A stretch of 64,000 nt of DNA from Octopus sinensis (GCF_006345805.1 NC_043012.1:38626001-38690000); one strand, 5' to 3'. Positions 37,669-53,833 are shown, counted from the first letter of the stretch. Program-made: numbers and translations. Notes: generated by a model not told the origin, from the sequence alone.

Positions 37669-38543
37669 CGAAAGAAGGTTTGAAAATGCAATTTAAAAGA
37701 TGTTTATTTACTCTACCGGTTTCACTCTTTTGAAAAAGATTGTCAAAAGTAACATGTGGAAGTTTGGTTGCGTTAATTATTGGTTGTTGCAAATTGCTAC
37801 ATTACATATATATATACAGTGTTTGGTAACAGGGACATGTTAAGGACATAAAAAAGTTCAAAAAGTTCCTTAAAATATTGGGCACAAAAGATTACTACAT
37901 AAATAATCATTCTCAAGGACATGCTTAAGATAGTTTCCAGAAGGAATTGATATTGGTATTGGTATTGTATCTGTATATTCAAACATGCACAGAATATTGG
38001 TTGACACAGAGTACTATAATCCATATAAATATACATTCTTTGGTGACAAAAGCATGTTGAGAATATAAAAATGTTTAACAAGGTCATTGAAATAATGGGT
38101 ACAAAAGATTACAACGAATATATTATACATTCTCAAGATAATTTCCAGAAGGGATTATTAAAAATTGTTCAGTAAATATTGGTATACACGTTCAAAAAGA
38201 TTTACATTATAATAATAGCGAAGCTAAAACTGACCTTTCCGCCATGGTAGCGTAAAATAATATTATCTATTTCAAGGGACACAGTAGGTGCGTTTGGTTG
38301 GGGGAAAAAGGAGGAGTAATGTGGAACTGAAAAGAATTTACCCTTTTTCTCTCCTTGAAGCATCAAGGAGACAAAACATGTCCCTGTTACCAAAGACTAT
38401 GTATATGTAATGTAGCAATTTGTAACAACCAATAATTAACGTAACCAAACTGCCACATGTTACTTTTGACAATCTTTTTCCAAAGAGTGAAACCGGTAAA
38501 GTAAATAAACATCTTTTTAATTGCATTTTCAAACCTTCTTTCG
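37669..38543. mobile_element. Non-autonomous TA-flanked DNA transposon (875 bp) with ~170-bp TIRs
   Basis: 37669-37841 and 38375-38543 are highly similar inverted repeats beginning CGAAAGAAGGTTTGAAAA, with TA on both sides and no transposase inside. Confidence 0.88.
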
Positions 38544-40399
<1,856 letters not shown>

Positions 40400-40972
40400 C
40401 AAACACGCATATATATAAGTATATATGTGTGTATATATATGATCATTATTTTAACGTGTTTTATACATATATATATCACAGAGCCTGCTTATATGTATGT
40501 GTGTGTTTTGTGTGTGTGTGTGTTTCCATGTAATATTGGATTTCTTAAAAAATAGAATTTAATAATTTCAATCACTAATATATTGCATCACCTTTTGTGA
40601 TTCCCTCTCTTCTACACATCATTAAGCAGTACGTTTGAACGCTATCTGCGACGTTATAGAACAGAGTCCGTCTATCTATCTTTCTATCCATCTATCTATC
40701 TCTAATTTGGTCCCTTAGCCTGTTATTTGGCTGTTTCTTCCTATAATTGGTTCCCTAAGCACGGAAAAGAGCTCACACAGCATGAATGAACACATTAAGC
40801 TGAAAGGAGAAATAACATATACCCTTATATCGTTTAGTATCTCAATTATATTTCGGGAAAACCTCCCTTTGTCAAATAGCATATAAACAAAATGGAGAGT
40901 TCGGAGAAAGGAATAAGCCTCCCTCGTAGATTTATACAATAAGCCCTCCCAGTAGGTTTGTACAATGTAGGT

Positions 40973-41377
40973 TTACTCTTTTACTCTTTTACTTGTTTCA
41001 GTCATTTGACTGCGGCCATGCTGGAGCACCGCCTTTAATCGAGCAACTCGACCCCGGGACTTATTCTTTTGTAAGCCCAGTACTTATTCTATCGGTCTCT
41101 TTTGCCGAACCGCTAAGTAACGGGGACATAAACACACCAGCATCGGTTGTCAAGCAATGCTAGGGGGACAAACACAGACATACAAACACACATACGCATA
41201 CATATATATATATACGTCGGGCTTCATTCAGTTCTCGTCTACCAAATCCACTCACAAGGCTTTGGTCGGCCCGAGGCTATAATTGCAGATATTTGCCCAA
41301 AGTGCCACGCAGTGGGACTGAACCCGGAACCATGTGATTGGTAAACAAGCTACTTACCACACAGCCACTCCTGCGTC
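40973..41377 (-). mobile_element. SINE family A, full length, young
   Basis: Complete homology including the (CTTTTA)n tail. Confidence 0.93.
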
Positions 41378-42270
41378 TATATACAATAAAATTATACAAT
41401 AAACTTATTGTTCATTATATAAACCTACTTATGTAGATTCCTACATCTTTTGCAACATTCGATAACATTTTTCTTTCTTTCATTAATGTCTTCAGTTAAA
41501 TCACTCGTAGGTTTTCCAAGCATTTATCACATATATACATACTGGCACAAATATATATATATATTTGTGTGTTTATGGACATATATGTCCATTATATGTG
41601 CAGGTCAGCATATATAATGCACAAAAGTATAATGGACATATATGACCATAAACACATATGCATAAAGATAAAAATGCACCGTACGCAAAAATATTTGTCT
41701 TCATCTGGATAAATACTTTTGTATATGCAAAAAATAAATATCACAAATACATCAGTACATAAGAGCCCGTGCTTATATATTGAAACCCCAGTGGGTTGTA
41801 CCGGAGAAGGGTTCTAAATATTTATGGGCATTACAATATAGGTTGTTCTTTGTGAGTGAGTAGACCCACTGGGTAGTGAGGGGTGATTTATTGAGAGACT
41901 CGCTGTGCTGAATTTAAATTTCGTGTCACAATTTGATCTGGAGAGCATAGAAAATCGTGCTGCATAATTTAGTAATTCTATTGGGAAACGTTATCGTAGA
42001 TTCATATCTAAAGGAGGAAAAGGAAAAGTAATCGCTTGTGAGACTCTCCTCATCGAACGATGTGAGTTTTATCTTAATTATCTGGTATCCAGAGTTTAAG
42101 TAAAGATTAAAATTGGATAAATGTACAGTAGCAGCTGTAAGGAGGATGCGCAAAATTATAAGACGGCGGTAGTAGAAAACTTCACTCTCCCATTTAAATG
42201 TATAAAGATGAGACAGAATTATTGAGGCATAGAATATATTCGGTAAAATTATCGCAATCATGGTGATATG

Positions 42271-42480
42271 CGAGGGGGTGTTCAAAAGTTCCTGGTTTTA
42301 AGGGTATCGCGAAAGACCTGTTTGGGGGCCCAAACTTCCGAGTAATTTACTGGGCGTAGAAACACCGGAAGACCACTGCAATAAATGTGTGAATCTGAGC
42401 CTTGAATGTGTTGAATAGAATTACAATTAAGTGATCCTCCTACATTTTCTTTTACTCAAAGCCAGGAACTTCGCACATCG
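42271..42480 (+). mobile_element. Internally deleted mariner derivative (MITE-like)
   Basis: Starts CGAGGGGGTGTTCAAAAGTTCCTGG and ends CCAGGAACTTCGCAC. The interior gaccactgcaataaatgtgtgaatctgag matches rc of 34040-34110. Confidence 0.75.
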
Positions 42481-43128
42481 GTGAAAATTGTGGTTCTGAG
42501 ATGCGTTTTTCCTGGTATTTCGAACCAAATTCTTCTTCAATTTTCGGCAATTACCTATAGTATAACTGTTGTGGACGGCGTAGGCGTCCAGCTCCATCGG
42601 ATTCCAGATTTTATTCTCTGTATCTTTAAGGATTACTTTATTTCATTGTAATGGAATATACATTTTCCCTTTGTGGTATCCATCATTTTATTCCTCTATT
42701 CTACACTTTAATGTATTTCGCTCACTTTACACTCAGAATAATATTCTACAAATTCTATTATTCTTTTATTCTGCTCTTTAAGCTATCCCCTCTCTATCGT
42801 TCTTACTCCTATAAAAGGATTGTCGCAAAAGGAAGGGATTATATAAATACAATTCTTTCATTCGTTCAAATATTCAGATATATTCTATGTAGAATGGTGA
42901 AATCTCCACAATCTTCTGAACACTGACCCGCTGATTATATTGTTCTGGTCATTCTTTGGATATTCGCAAAGTACGGGAAGTCTTCTATGTGAAGAATACG
43001 TAACTACGTTTGTGTGACACAAATAGCTACTGCCTGATACCAGAACTCCGGTACCTATTCACATAAAGACAGTAGAGAAGCATTAGATTGATAGTTTAAA
43101 TTCTAGCATTAACTCTCTTCTCTGCACA

Positions 43129-43214
<86 letters not shown>

Positions 43215-43930
43215 CTTGGCTGTATCACCTTTGACCTTCGGTCTTCTTTTCCAGCATTTACCTCGAGCGAAACAACTATCTTCAAGCAACTTCGTTGACG
43301 AAAAGAGGTTTCACTGGTAAGAATTGTTGTTGCTTGATTCCAGATCTCCCCGATTGCTCAGAGTATATAATCAAAGGCCGTTCACCCATGCCCATCTCAT
43401 CATTTTCATTCGTCTTTCGAACCTAGGAACACATTCTCTAATCCACAGATGGTAGTTTGTGATTTGAGGTACGTTTGGCTGTTTTTTCCTATTTTACGGA
43501 GCGCCAAAGTTTGTTATTCCTTCCCGGAATCAAATATAGAAGCTTTTTATTTGAAGTGACAGACAACATTGATTTGGGATTCGAAACCCCGACACTTGGC
43601 TCAGCGCTAGCTGCCATTTCACATATCCGTCAACTCTATCAAATCCAATTAGAAGTTCTTTCCAATCAGCTCCGTCACAAACAAGAAATCCAGGCAGCAA
43701 TAACTTTTGGTGAACCAATTATTACCGAGAGTAAGACAGCAATAATCTTGCAAGCAATATAAAATATATTTTATATATCTCTGACTTTCTACGATTCGAA
43801 AATTAATCATGAATTTAAACATTGTATAAACTTACATTTCTTTTGCGGATTTCAATTTGTCAAACCATTCTTTGGTAAGTAATTGTTTTCGTTATATTAT
43901 TTATTAAATATTTTATTCAAATAATTATTA

Positions 43931-43970
<40 letters not shown>

Positions 43971-44946
43971 TTCTCAGTCTCTCTCTTTTCTACCTCTGTC
44001 TCTTTAATGAAGTCCATCCTCTATTTCGTTCTGGTTGCTCACGAACATAAATATGGCGCTTACGTTTTGTGCAAATGTACTCATTGCTTATTAGAAAGAT
44101 ATACTCTCTTCACACCCTTTATTTTATTTTCCTTCTCATACATTTTCTTACTTTCTCTGTTGCTCTCCCATTTTCTTGCTCTCTCTCTCTCTTTCCCTCC
44201 CTCTCTCCATCCTTTTATGCATTTTATGCGAAGAAAAAATTTTCATTTTTATTATCTTCACTCACATCAAGCATTGGATTTTTTCCTCTTCTATCGTTGC
44301 TATATTTTAAAGAATGACAGCTTGCAATTATGAAATTGTTCAAGAAGCAGCTAGAAATTCGAAAAATCGACGAATCCAGTTGATATTTCATTATGTTCAT
44401 AATAGTATATTTATGATTATTTAGAAATATATTACATTTTTTTCTTTAGAAAAATGACAGAATACATTTCGAAAACTTAAGATTTGTAAAATATTTCCAT
44501 CGTAAATACAGAGAAATATATTTCTGCATTAAAAGCGAATAAATTTTTCAACTCTCCAAGAATGCTGCTTTCGATATAACCGCAAAAATAAGATATTTAA
44601 CACCTTGATTGTTTTGGCTGAGTGTTCAAATCTGGTTGAGGCAATCTCATTGCAATTCACTGAGGATCGGCAGGCCACTATTAATTAATTTGTCTATTTA
44701 TCCAATATCAATTTAGAAAGAGACGACTGGCTAAAGGACGCCGATCCTTTTGGTTAAAAAATGATTCCAATTTAAAAACGAATACGAGTACTTCTGTGAT
44801 ACAATAATTGCTGGGTTGGCTCTAATTACATGAACACAATTGTTATATATTTGTAACAGAGCGAGAATTGTTCAGTCAATCAGCCAGATTTTAAAAACGA
44901 CTAACCATTAACTTATCGACCTTCTTCACATTAAAATAGTATTTCC

Positions 44947-45038
44947 ATCTATATCAAGTTCCACCCTTATATCTAATGATACCCTCATATCTAGTCACAT
45001 CCTTATATCTAGTCACATCCTGATATCTAGTTACATCC
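44947..45038. repeat. 18-bp minisatellite, about 5 units (CCTTATATCTAGTCACAT)
   Basis: Three close units at 44983, 45001 and 45019, plus two degenerate upstream units. Confidence 0.8.
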
Positions 45039-45501
45039 CCAAATTCAGTCAAAGCCTCAAGTCAAACATTTGATACATTCTAAAACGACATTTGACCTTC
45101 GTTGAAGAGTTCTACCAACAATATATTTCTTGAGCCACAGAACTAATGTCTAATTCACAGTACTTTTCATTTCTTCCTAGGTTTGCGCGGTCCTGCATTA
45201 TATATGCTTACCTGTACATATAATCACATACACCTGACTTCTATGTTCTCTGCCATATTAATAAATAACTTCTATGTTTACTCCAAAGTTTATACCTGAC
45301 TCCTATGTTCACCGTTACATTTACACTGGATTTCTGTGTTCATCACTGCATTGGCACTTCATTTCTGTTAACTTTTTACATTTACATCTGATCTCGATGT
45401 TTTGTACGGAAAATCTTCAGAAATATGGTGTTATGATTTCACTTCTCTATTCTGCAATGCGTGTGTGTGTGTATGTGTGTGTATATGTGTGTGTGTGTGT
45501 A

Positions 45502-45534
<33 letters not shown>

Positions 45535-45574
45535 TATCAGTCGAGTACTTGTACTATATTCAATAATACAACTG

Positions 45575-45955
45575 ATCTATCTTCTAAATTGGATTCACAC
45601 TCTCATCGTCTTCTTGTGGCTTCCTTGTCTATTTACTATAAGTATTTTCATGGACATTGTTCAGCTGAGCCCTCTTCCCTGGTTCCTCCTTTAGGAACTT
45701 ATTAGCGATCAACTAGATTTGCATCCAGTTCTCATTTGTGTACTGTGCAACCTCCTAAGTGTCATGAAGCACTTTACATTACCAGTTTCTTCCCACGCAC
45801 TTCTGAACCTTGGAATTCACTTCCAAAGTCGTGTTTTCCTCTTCAATATCTCCTCCAGTCTTTTAACTCTGAAGTACAACGTCACTTATTGACTTCTGTC
45901 TAGGCTTCATTTTATTCTAGTAGCTCTTACGTTTTCACTGGTCTAAGGACCTTGT
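45575..45955 (+). mobile_element. CR1/L2-group LINE ORF2 C-terminus and 3' end
   Basis: LDSHSHRLLVASLSIYYKYFHGHCSAE...RSTRFASSSH...SFFPRTSEPWNSLP...FNSEVQRHLL contains the typical L.SLxHRR.VASL..FY.Y..G and SFFPRT..LWNSLP motifs. Confidence 0.85.
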
Positions 45956-45967
45956 GACGAGCAAATT

Positions 45968-46179
45968 CTTTACTCTTTTTTTCTTTTACTCTTTTACTTG
46001 TTTCAGGCATTTGACTGCTGTCATGCTGGAGCACCGCCTTTAGTCGAGCAAATCGACCCCAGGACTCATTCTTTGTAAGCCTAGTACTTATTCTCTTGGT
46101 CTCTTTTGTCGAACCGCTAAGTTACGCGGACGTAAACACACCAGCACCGGTTGTCAAATGATATTGGGTGGGACAAACA

Positions 46180-46217
<38 letters not shown>

Positions 46218-46410
46218 TACATACGTACATATATATATCCATATATACGATGGACTTCTTTAAATTTCCATCTTCCAAATCCACTCACAAGTATTTGGTC
46301 GGCCCGAGGCTATAGTAGAAGACACTTGCCCCAGGTGCCACGCAGTGGGACTGAACCCAGAACCATGTGGCTGGTAAACAAACTACTTACCAGACAGCCA
46401 CTCCTGCGCC
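45968..46410 (-). mobile_element. SINE family A, full length
   Basis: Complete homology. Confidence 0.93.
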
Positions 46411-46444
46411 TAAGAAAAAAAAGAACAGTTATTCCTCCGAATTC

Positions 46445-46790
46445 TGGTTTTCCTTTCATCCTTACGGGATCGATAAAATAAATACCAATTGAGTGCTGGA
46501 ATTGATGCAATAGGCTCACCCGCTTCCTCGAACTTGCTGGCCTTGTACAAAAATGTGAAATCAATATTACAACAAGCATTGAAGGCAGTGAGCTGGCAGA
46601 ATGTTTTGCATGCTGGGTAAAATGCTTAACAACATTTTGGCCGTCTTTACGTCTTGAGTTCAAATTCTGCCGAGGAATTTGCTTTTCATGATTTCAATGG
46701 TCGATAAAATAAGTACCAGTCCAGTAGTGTGGTCAATGTAATCGAATCATCTCCTCCATCGAAATTCCTGGTCGTGTATTGCTTTTGATC
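46445..46790 (+). mobile_element. Two tandem SINE family E pieces (headless core, then a full copy)
   Basis: cctttcatccttacgggatcgataaaataaatacc, then ggcagtgagctggcagaatg...gagttcaaattctgccgagg...ggtcgataaaataagtacc. Confidence 0.75.
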
Positions 46791-47435
46791 TGGAAGCCGT
46801 GGGAATTGAACCAGCGCCTTCATTCTTCCGTCGTACACAAGCCAATTATGTATATTGTACCACACTTTTACTGTTTGTATTTTTTAAACACTGCATTATG
46901 TACGGGATTTTCTTCATGGAAAGATGTATTCTACCTGAGGCAAATATCATCAGTTATTTAATTGGAAAGGTTTCCAGAGTGGGTAATGGTACAAACGAAA
47001 GGTTAAAAGATACCAAAATTGTGCAGAGATGAAAAATTCTAATATAATATTAGAAAGGAAAAAAATCGAAGAGAATGAATAAATAAATATATGTATGAAC
47101 ATTATCACACACACAACGAAAGAACGTTTAAAATTAAAAGTACAGACATCTTAATACATTTAAAACATAGCCACAGAACATAGAAACATATTTTGTACGG
47201 TGAAATATAAAGTGCCAACTATATACAAACAGGAAGAAACGGATAACAACGAATTTAGCATCAACAACCAAACAACATACAAATAAGGAATAAGTTAAAA
47301 TGGTTTTAATGTGCGATTCGATTCTCTACTCAACTTATTTAACAGATATTCATAGAGAAGCTGAAAGTCACGGTTTTCGAACTTGAAATAGCGACTCCTT
47401 CAACTATTAAGATAAATACACCCCACCATATATAT

Positions 47436-47533
<98 letters not shown>

Positions 47534-47565
47534 TATATGTGTGTATATATATATAATATATATTC

Positions 47566-47610
<45 letters not shown>

Positions 47611-47881
47611 ATATGCGAAAGTGAGAGAGAGAAGGAAGAAAGAGGTGGTGGTTTCCAGACTTTGTGTTTGTAGCAATAATGCAATTTATGTTATAAAATT
47701 TGATTGTCCAACTTATTTCCCTTTGGCATAAAACGATATGTTTATTGTGTTGAAAAGAGAGGGAGGAACAGTGAATTCTGAAAAGCTATTACGAACTTCT
47801 GCAGTTGCTTCTATACCTGTGTAATGTGTAGTGGTTGATGATGATGTGTGTATGTGTGTGTGCGTGCGTGTATGTGTGTGT

Positions 47882-47924
<43 letters not shown>

Positions 47925-48145
47925 TTGGATGCGTAAATCTAATTGCAAATTGCTCATGAAGATGCATAAGGTAAAAAGCAGTTGATGTATGCACACACAC
48001 AAACGCATCCCGCCACATATATCTTTACATATATATTTACTCATAACCTCACTCAGACATATGCATAAACAAAGACATATGTCAAAATCTGTGTGTGTGT
48101 GTGTGTGTGTGTGTGCGTTTGTGTGTGTGTGTGTGTGTGTGTGCG

Positions 48146-48188
<43 letters not shown>

Positions 48189-48815
48189 TGAAGGTGTGTG
48201 TACGCATGTTAAACTGTGCGTGCACGCTTCAGAAAGATAGAAAGAGCATGGCAGATATCACCACTGAGCACTCGTACGTGTGTATAAGGCGTACGAGTGT
48301 GTATAGACACATTAGCCAAATAATGATCTATTATGTTGTTGATAGAACAGTATTTTCAATCGGCGGCATATTAATCAATAAGAATACTAAAAATGTTAGA
48401 AACTCCAGCGTTGCCTGTATTTACTCGAGTCTTCAACCTTCTGACATTTCAATTCCACTGTTTATAAAAGACAGACTCGCTTCGCTAAAATATCCCACAT
48501 TTCACCAAAGGTAAGAGCCTACATTTCTGTAAATATTTACAGTACACCTGGTTTTTAGAATAGGAAAAAAAAAATCATTAATGTATCTCATTCCTTTTTT
48601 AACACATGTATTTATTTTCTGTTCACATTCTTTTATGAATTAGCGAGAATTTCTGGAACCTATCGCCTTTTACGTGTAGTGGTTTCGTTCCAAGATTATT
48701 CCATTATGGTCCGAGACTTTCTTTTTTTGGCTTTCGTGAATCTACGAGTTTATCTTTTGTATCTGACTCAAGCAACAGAGGTCTGTTTAGTTTATGGATG
48801 TCCATACAAATACAT

Positions 48816-48949
<134 letters not shown>

Positions 48950-49619
48950 GGTTAGCTGAGGTAGAGGTTAAAACAACCGTCTAAGGAATAAAATATCCAT
49001 TACACTACCGCTATATTATCTATGTTTAACCATGGACATATGCAAACATATTATGCTCATAAATTATATGTAAAGTTAAGGATAACCATGGGTTTATGAA
49101 GAATCAAAATTTAAAGAAAGCAGAAAATGGAGAAATATTGGTGAACAACAACGATTGACATACATGAATTATTATTTATTAATTCATTACAAATAGACTG
49201 CATCCCATCTAACAGTTGTTTCTGCTTCCAATGATGCATGGTATTGCAATTTATATGCAGAACTAGTTATGATATTTGGTAATAAAACCGATCTGAAACA
49301 TGGAGTTTCATCAGAGTGAAGAATAGATAAAGAAAAAGAGTATAAAGAAGAAAAAGGGAAAAGTTGAATATGGTTGTAATCCTACCATTTTACTTTTTGG
49401 ACATTAAGTAAATGACGAAACCAAAATAGCAACTGGTCGGTTAATCCTTTGTACAGCGGGGACAGGGTGGATAAATATTGAAAAACAAAAACACAATATT
49501 TTATTATTAGGCGTGTAATGGTGAATAAATAATACTCCCAAAATTCCAGTGTTCTGTTTAGTTATGTGTGTGTTTTTCTGTGTGTGTATGTGTGTTCGTT
49601 TGTGTGTGTGAGGGGTGTG

Positions 49620-49835
49620 TGTATCTGTTTGTGTTTCTCTCCCATTACCACTGACAGCCAGTGTTGGTCTGTTTACGACCCATAACTTAGTGGTTCGGCA
49701 ACAAATTACGGTAGCATAAATATCAGACTAAAAAAACATAAACTAGGGCTGATTCATTCGACTAAGAATTCTTCAAAGTGCTTCCCCAGCATAGCCACAG
49801 TCTAATGACTAAAAGAAATACAAGCTAAAAGAAGA
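49620..49835 (+). mobile_element. SINE family A 3' half, decayed
   Basis: cataacttagtggttcggcaac...gattcattcgactaag...ccccagcatagccacagtc. Confidence 0.6.
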
Positions 49836-50273
49836 ATGCTTCGTGTCCAGTTCATATTATGAAAATGGCGACAATGTGAAAACAATTATGATGATGGAAT
49901 CGAAAATTCTTCACATTGAGGGACCATTTCTGTTCTGCGATGGGCCGCTCATCTGAGCAGTCTAATTTATTGCTTGTAATGACAGTCACAGCATCTGTGT
50001 AAACACAAAACAATTCATTGGCTTACTTACATTATTTACATTTGACGGATATTTGTCCTAATCCTCGGAATATGGTTTCAGTGTCAAGGGGCGGCAGCTC
50101 AAGAAAGTTTGGGAACCACTGTATTAGAGGAATTTCAGGACATTCTATTTTCTGAGATTCCACGTGAACCATTGCAACAATTAGATACACAAATGAGAAT
50201 AGGCGGATGAAACTTGATCATTTCCTGAAAGCCAATTACAGGGCAGAATCTTTAGAAAAGTTCTTCAAGTTAT

Positions 50274-50690
50274 CTCTTTTACTCTTTTACTCTTTTACAT
50301 GTTTCAGTCATTTGACTACGGCCATGCTGGAGCACCGCCTTAAGTCGAGCAAATCGACCCCAGGACTTATTCTTTGTAAGCCTAGTACTTATTCAATCGG
50401 TTTCTTTTGCCGAATCGCTAAGTTACAGGGACGTAAGACATCACCATCTTTTGTAAAGCGATGTTGTGGAGACAAACACAGACACACAAACATATACACG
50501 CACATACACATATATATACATATATACGACGGGATTCTTTCAGTTTCCGTCTACCAAATCCACTCAGAAGGCTTTGGTCGGCCCGAGGCTATTGTAGAAG
50601 ACACTTGCACAAAGTACCACGCAGTGGGACTGATCCAAGAACCATGTGGCTGGTAAGCAAGCTACTTACCACACAGCCACTCCTACCGCC
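50274..50690 (-). mobile_element. SINE family A, full length
   Basis: Complete homology. Confidence 0.92.
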
Positions 50691-50934
50691 TCTCCAGATT
50701 TTCTACAGAAATTAAATCCAGTCCCGATTTGTGATCAATACATCTAAAAGAAATATAGTAACTGAAGATAGACCAATACGCAATGGGTGTCTATGCATAT
50801 TTCGGGAGTTCATTTCCTTCCGGCACCACATCCAAACCATTCTTTATCCATGAACACAGCTTGAACAGCTGCCAGATATAGCGGTGTAACATGATTAAAT
50901 TCACAAATTTTAAATGAAAAACATATTCCTGGCA

Positions 50935-51040
50935 ACGAGTACTTACATATTCTTCCCTAGTCTAGGCACAAGGTCCGAAATTTTGCGTGAGGGGGCCAGT
51001 CGATTAGATCGATCTCAGTACGCAGCTGGTACTTACATAT
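50935..51040 (-). mobile_element. SINE family E 3' fragment
   Basis: ctaggcacaaggtccgaaattttg...gccagtcgattagatcgatctcagtacgcagctggtactt. Confidence 0.65.
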
Positions 51041-51107
51041 AAATTGCTTGTAGGGACACCGTGTGTCGAGATGCCACCATGATATACTGCAAGGTATTTT
51101 GTTAATG

Positions 51108-51320
51108 CTCTTTACTCGTTTCAGTCATTTGACTGCGGCCTTGTTGAAGCACCGCCTTTTTAGTCGAACAAATCGACCCCCAGGACTTATTCTTTTGTAA
51201 GCCTAGTACTTATTATATTGGTCGTTTTAGGCCGAATCGCTAAATTACGTGGTCGTAAACGCACCAATATCGGTTGTCAAGCGATGGTGGGGAGGATACA
51301 GACGCATACACACACACACA
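51108..51320 (-). mobile_element. SINE family A 3' half
   Basis: tcagtcatttgactgcggcc...gtaagcctagtactt...cggttgtcaagcgatg. Confidence 0.8.
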
Positions 51321-51542
51321 CATATATAAGAGAATATATATATTTACACACACACACATATATATATATATACACACACACACAGAGGAGAGAATTCGTG
51401 TTTTGATAATACATACACACAAACACATACATATGTACATATGCATATAAATGTACACACACACACACATATATGTATACAGATAAATTGATAGATAGTC
51501 AGATAGACGGATATATATGCGTATATATATATGTGTATATAC

Positions 51543-51574
<32 letters not shown>

Positions 51575-52141
51575 GTATGTGTGTATATATATGTATGTAT
51601 CTATGTATGTATGTATATAAGCAAAAATGCTAGTTGTAAAATCTGAGGAAGAGATCAGAGTAGTAAGCATACTAAAAAGTGAAGTCAGTCGCCAAGTCAA
51701 AGTAGTTAGTCTATGTTACTACTTGTTTAACCCCAGGCAGATACTCCACCAGCTTGTTATCGGTGCAACCCTGCACTCTTTATATACAATATATATTGGT
51801 CGCTTTGTTTACAATATATTGTTGGCTGAAACGGAATCTGGCTATCGTTTTGGCGGACAGTTGCTCTCGACTGAGGATCAACCAAATAGGCTGACACAGT
51901 CGGTCTTGTGACCCTATTACCTGCTACAGTGTGTAATGGTTTCGCCCCCCCCCCACCACCACTGCTAACACTATATATTGTATGTAACGTGGGCAGAGTC
52001 ACACCGTTTACCAGCTGGTGGAGAATCTACCTGGGGTTAAACTAGCAGTAACATGGAACAATCACTTTGATGTGGCGACTGACTTTACTTTATATATATA
52101 CGTGTGTGTTTATTTGTGTGTGAGTGTGTGTGTATATACAT

Positions 52142-52186
<45 letters not shown>

Positions 52187-52980
52187 ATTATATATATATG
52201 TACATATATACATATATATAAATATTATTTTCGTATTATATATATATATGTATATATATTATTTTCGTATTATATGTGTGTATATATATATATATATAGA
52301 TATCATCTCACTTTATATACACATGCATGCCTCAAATATCAATTGTCGGTTTGCATACACACGGTGTGTGAGCATGCGTAACTGTGTGCTTGTGTTAATT
52401 TTGTTTTAATACACACACACACACACACACACACACACCACACGTCCTCACACGAACACACCAACAACACTCGCGCACACGGAGATTCGTATCGCTTGTC
52501 TATCACGATTTTTTCCCACGTCCATCATTTTCATTTTAGAAGGTTTTTATCTTCTAGACTTATTCCTATCGTATCGTATGGTATCCTATCGTATCTCACA
52601 TCAAAGACACAAATCAAATTGGTATACAATACTAATTTTATTCCACCTGACCTCAGCTTTACATTTACCGCGTTCGTTTCCGCACGAGAATCATATAACC
52701 GCCATTCCCACCGCCAACACCAACACCAACTGCGCCACCGCCGCCGCGCCGCCGCCGCCGCCGCCGCCATCACAACCAGCAGAAACGTTCTTCCTTCCAC
52801 CGATACCGTCTCCGCCCCCGCCCCACCTACACCAATCACCAATCACTCTACTAATAACCACAAACACACCATCAATCAAATAAATTCAACCATCAATCCC
52901 ACTGCTCCATCTTTAACGAGAAGAAAATCACTACGATCATCAAACACTACTAATAACTACTACTACCGCAGCTACTGCAG

Positions 52981-53034
<54 letters not shown>

Positions 53035-53297
53035 GTAGTAGTAGTACTACTACTACTACTATACCACCTCCACCACCACCCTAAGCCGACTAATACTACT
53101 AAACTGCCATTAACATCACCTCTACTACTACCACCACCATCTCTACTACTATTACTACTACCGCTGCTGCTACTATGACTAATACTACTACTACTACCAC
53201 GTCCACTACTAATACTACTCCCACTACTTCCACTATCACTACTACCACCACCGCCTCTACTACTACCACTCCCACAACCACCACAATAACAATGCGG

Positions 53298-53593
53298 AGA
53301 CCCCCTTCGGTCAAGAAAGTTACGCTCCCAGGCATAAGTCCGGGCAAGATTATTTATGAATGACCAGCAGTTGCCCAAGCATACCAGACTCCCCACTCCA
53401 AGGGAAAGGCAAAGAGGCCGATACAGCTTGGCACCTGTGACGTCGCGACTAACTTCTACAGCTGAGTGAACTGGGGCAAAGTGAGATAAAGTGCCTTGCT
53501 CAAGAACACAACACGCAACCCGGTCCGGGATTCGAACTCACAACTTCACGATCGTAAACTCGACGCTCTAACCTCTGAGCCATGCGCCTTCAC
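53298..53593 (-). mobile_element. SINE family B with small internal deletions
   Basis: Homologous to 27185-27520. Confidence 0.9.
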
Positions 53594-53833
53594 ACAGTAA
53601 CAATAACTGTTACAGAAGTAGCCTTTACGTTCACTGTTACGAGAGCCGACACCATCACAATCACAATAGACACTATAACAAATCTTTGATGCCGCAAAAA
53701 TAAATTTGTACTATCACCAACGTCTCAACAAAACCACCACCACACACAACAACACCAATACTGTAGCAACAAATATACTTCTGCACATCACTACTGTTTA
53801 TTGCAGCAACATCACTTCTAGGAAACTCCCATA

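Noticed and set aside
43255-43316. Apparent exon ttttccag|...|gtaaga
   Set aside because: It lies in sequence resembling a decayed SINE tail (43320-43400), so the splice-like motifs are probably coincidental.
43640-43880. CCAAT/CGTCA motifs and the perfect donor TTG|GTAAGT at 43874 as a promoter plus first exon
   Set aside because: Such short motifs are frequent in AT-rich DNA, and an equally good donor exists on the opposite strand at ~43830. There is no independent support.
46925-46960. Minus-strand CTGATGA-TATTTG-cct-CAGGTA-GAAT
   Set aside because: GAAA is replaced by GAAT, stem II is mostly wobble pairs, and stems I and III are absent; consistent with chance.
49940-50122. hAT-like terminus TTGGGAACCACTG (and GGGGTTCTCAACC at ~28275)
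   Set aside because: Only single termini are visible, with no matching TIR or 8-bp target site duplication.
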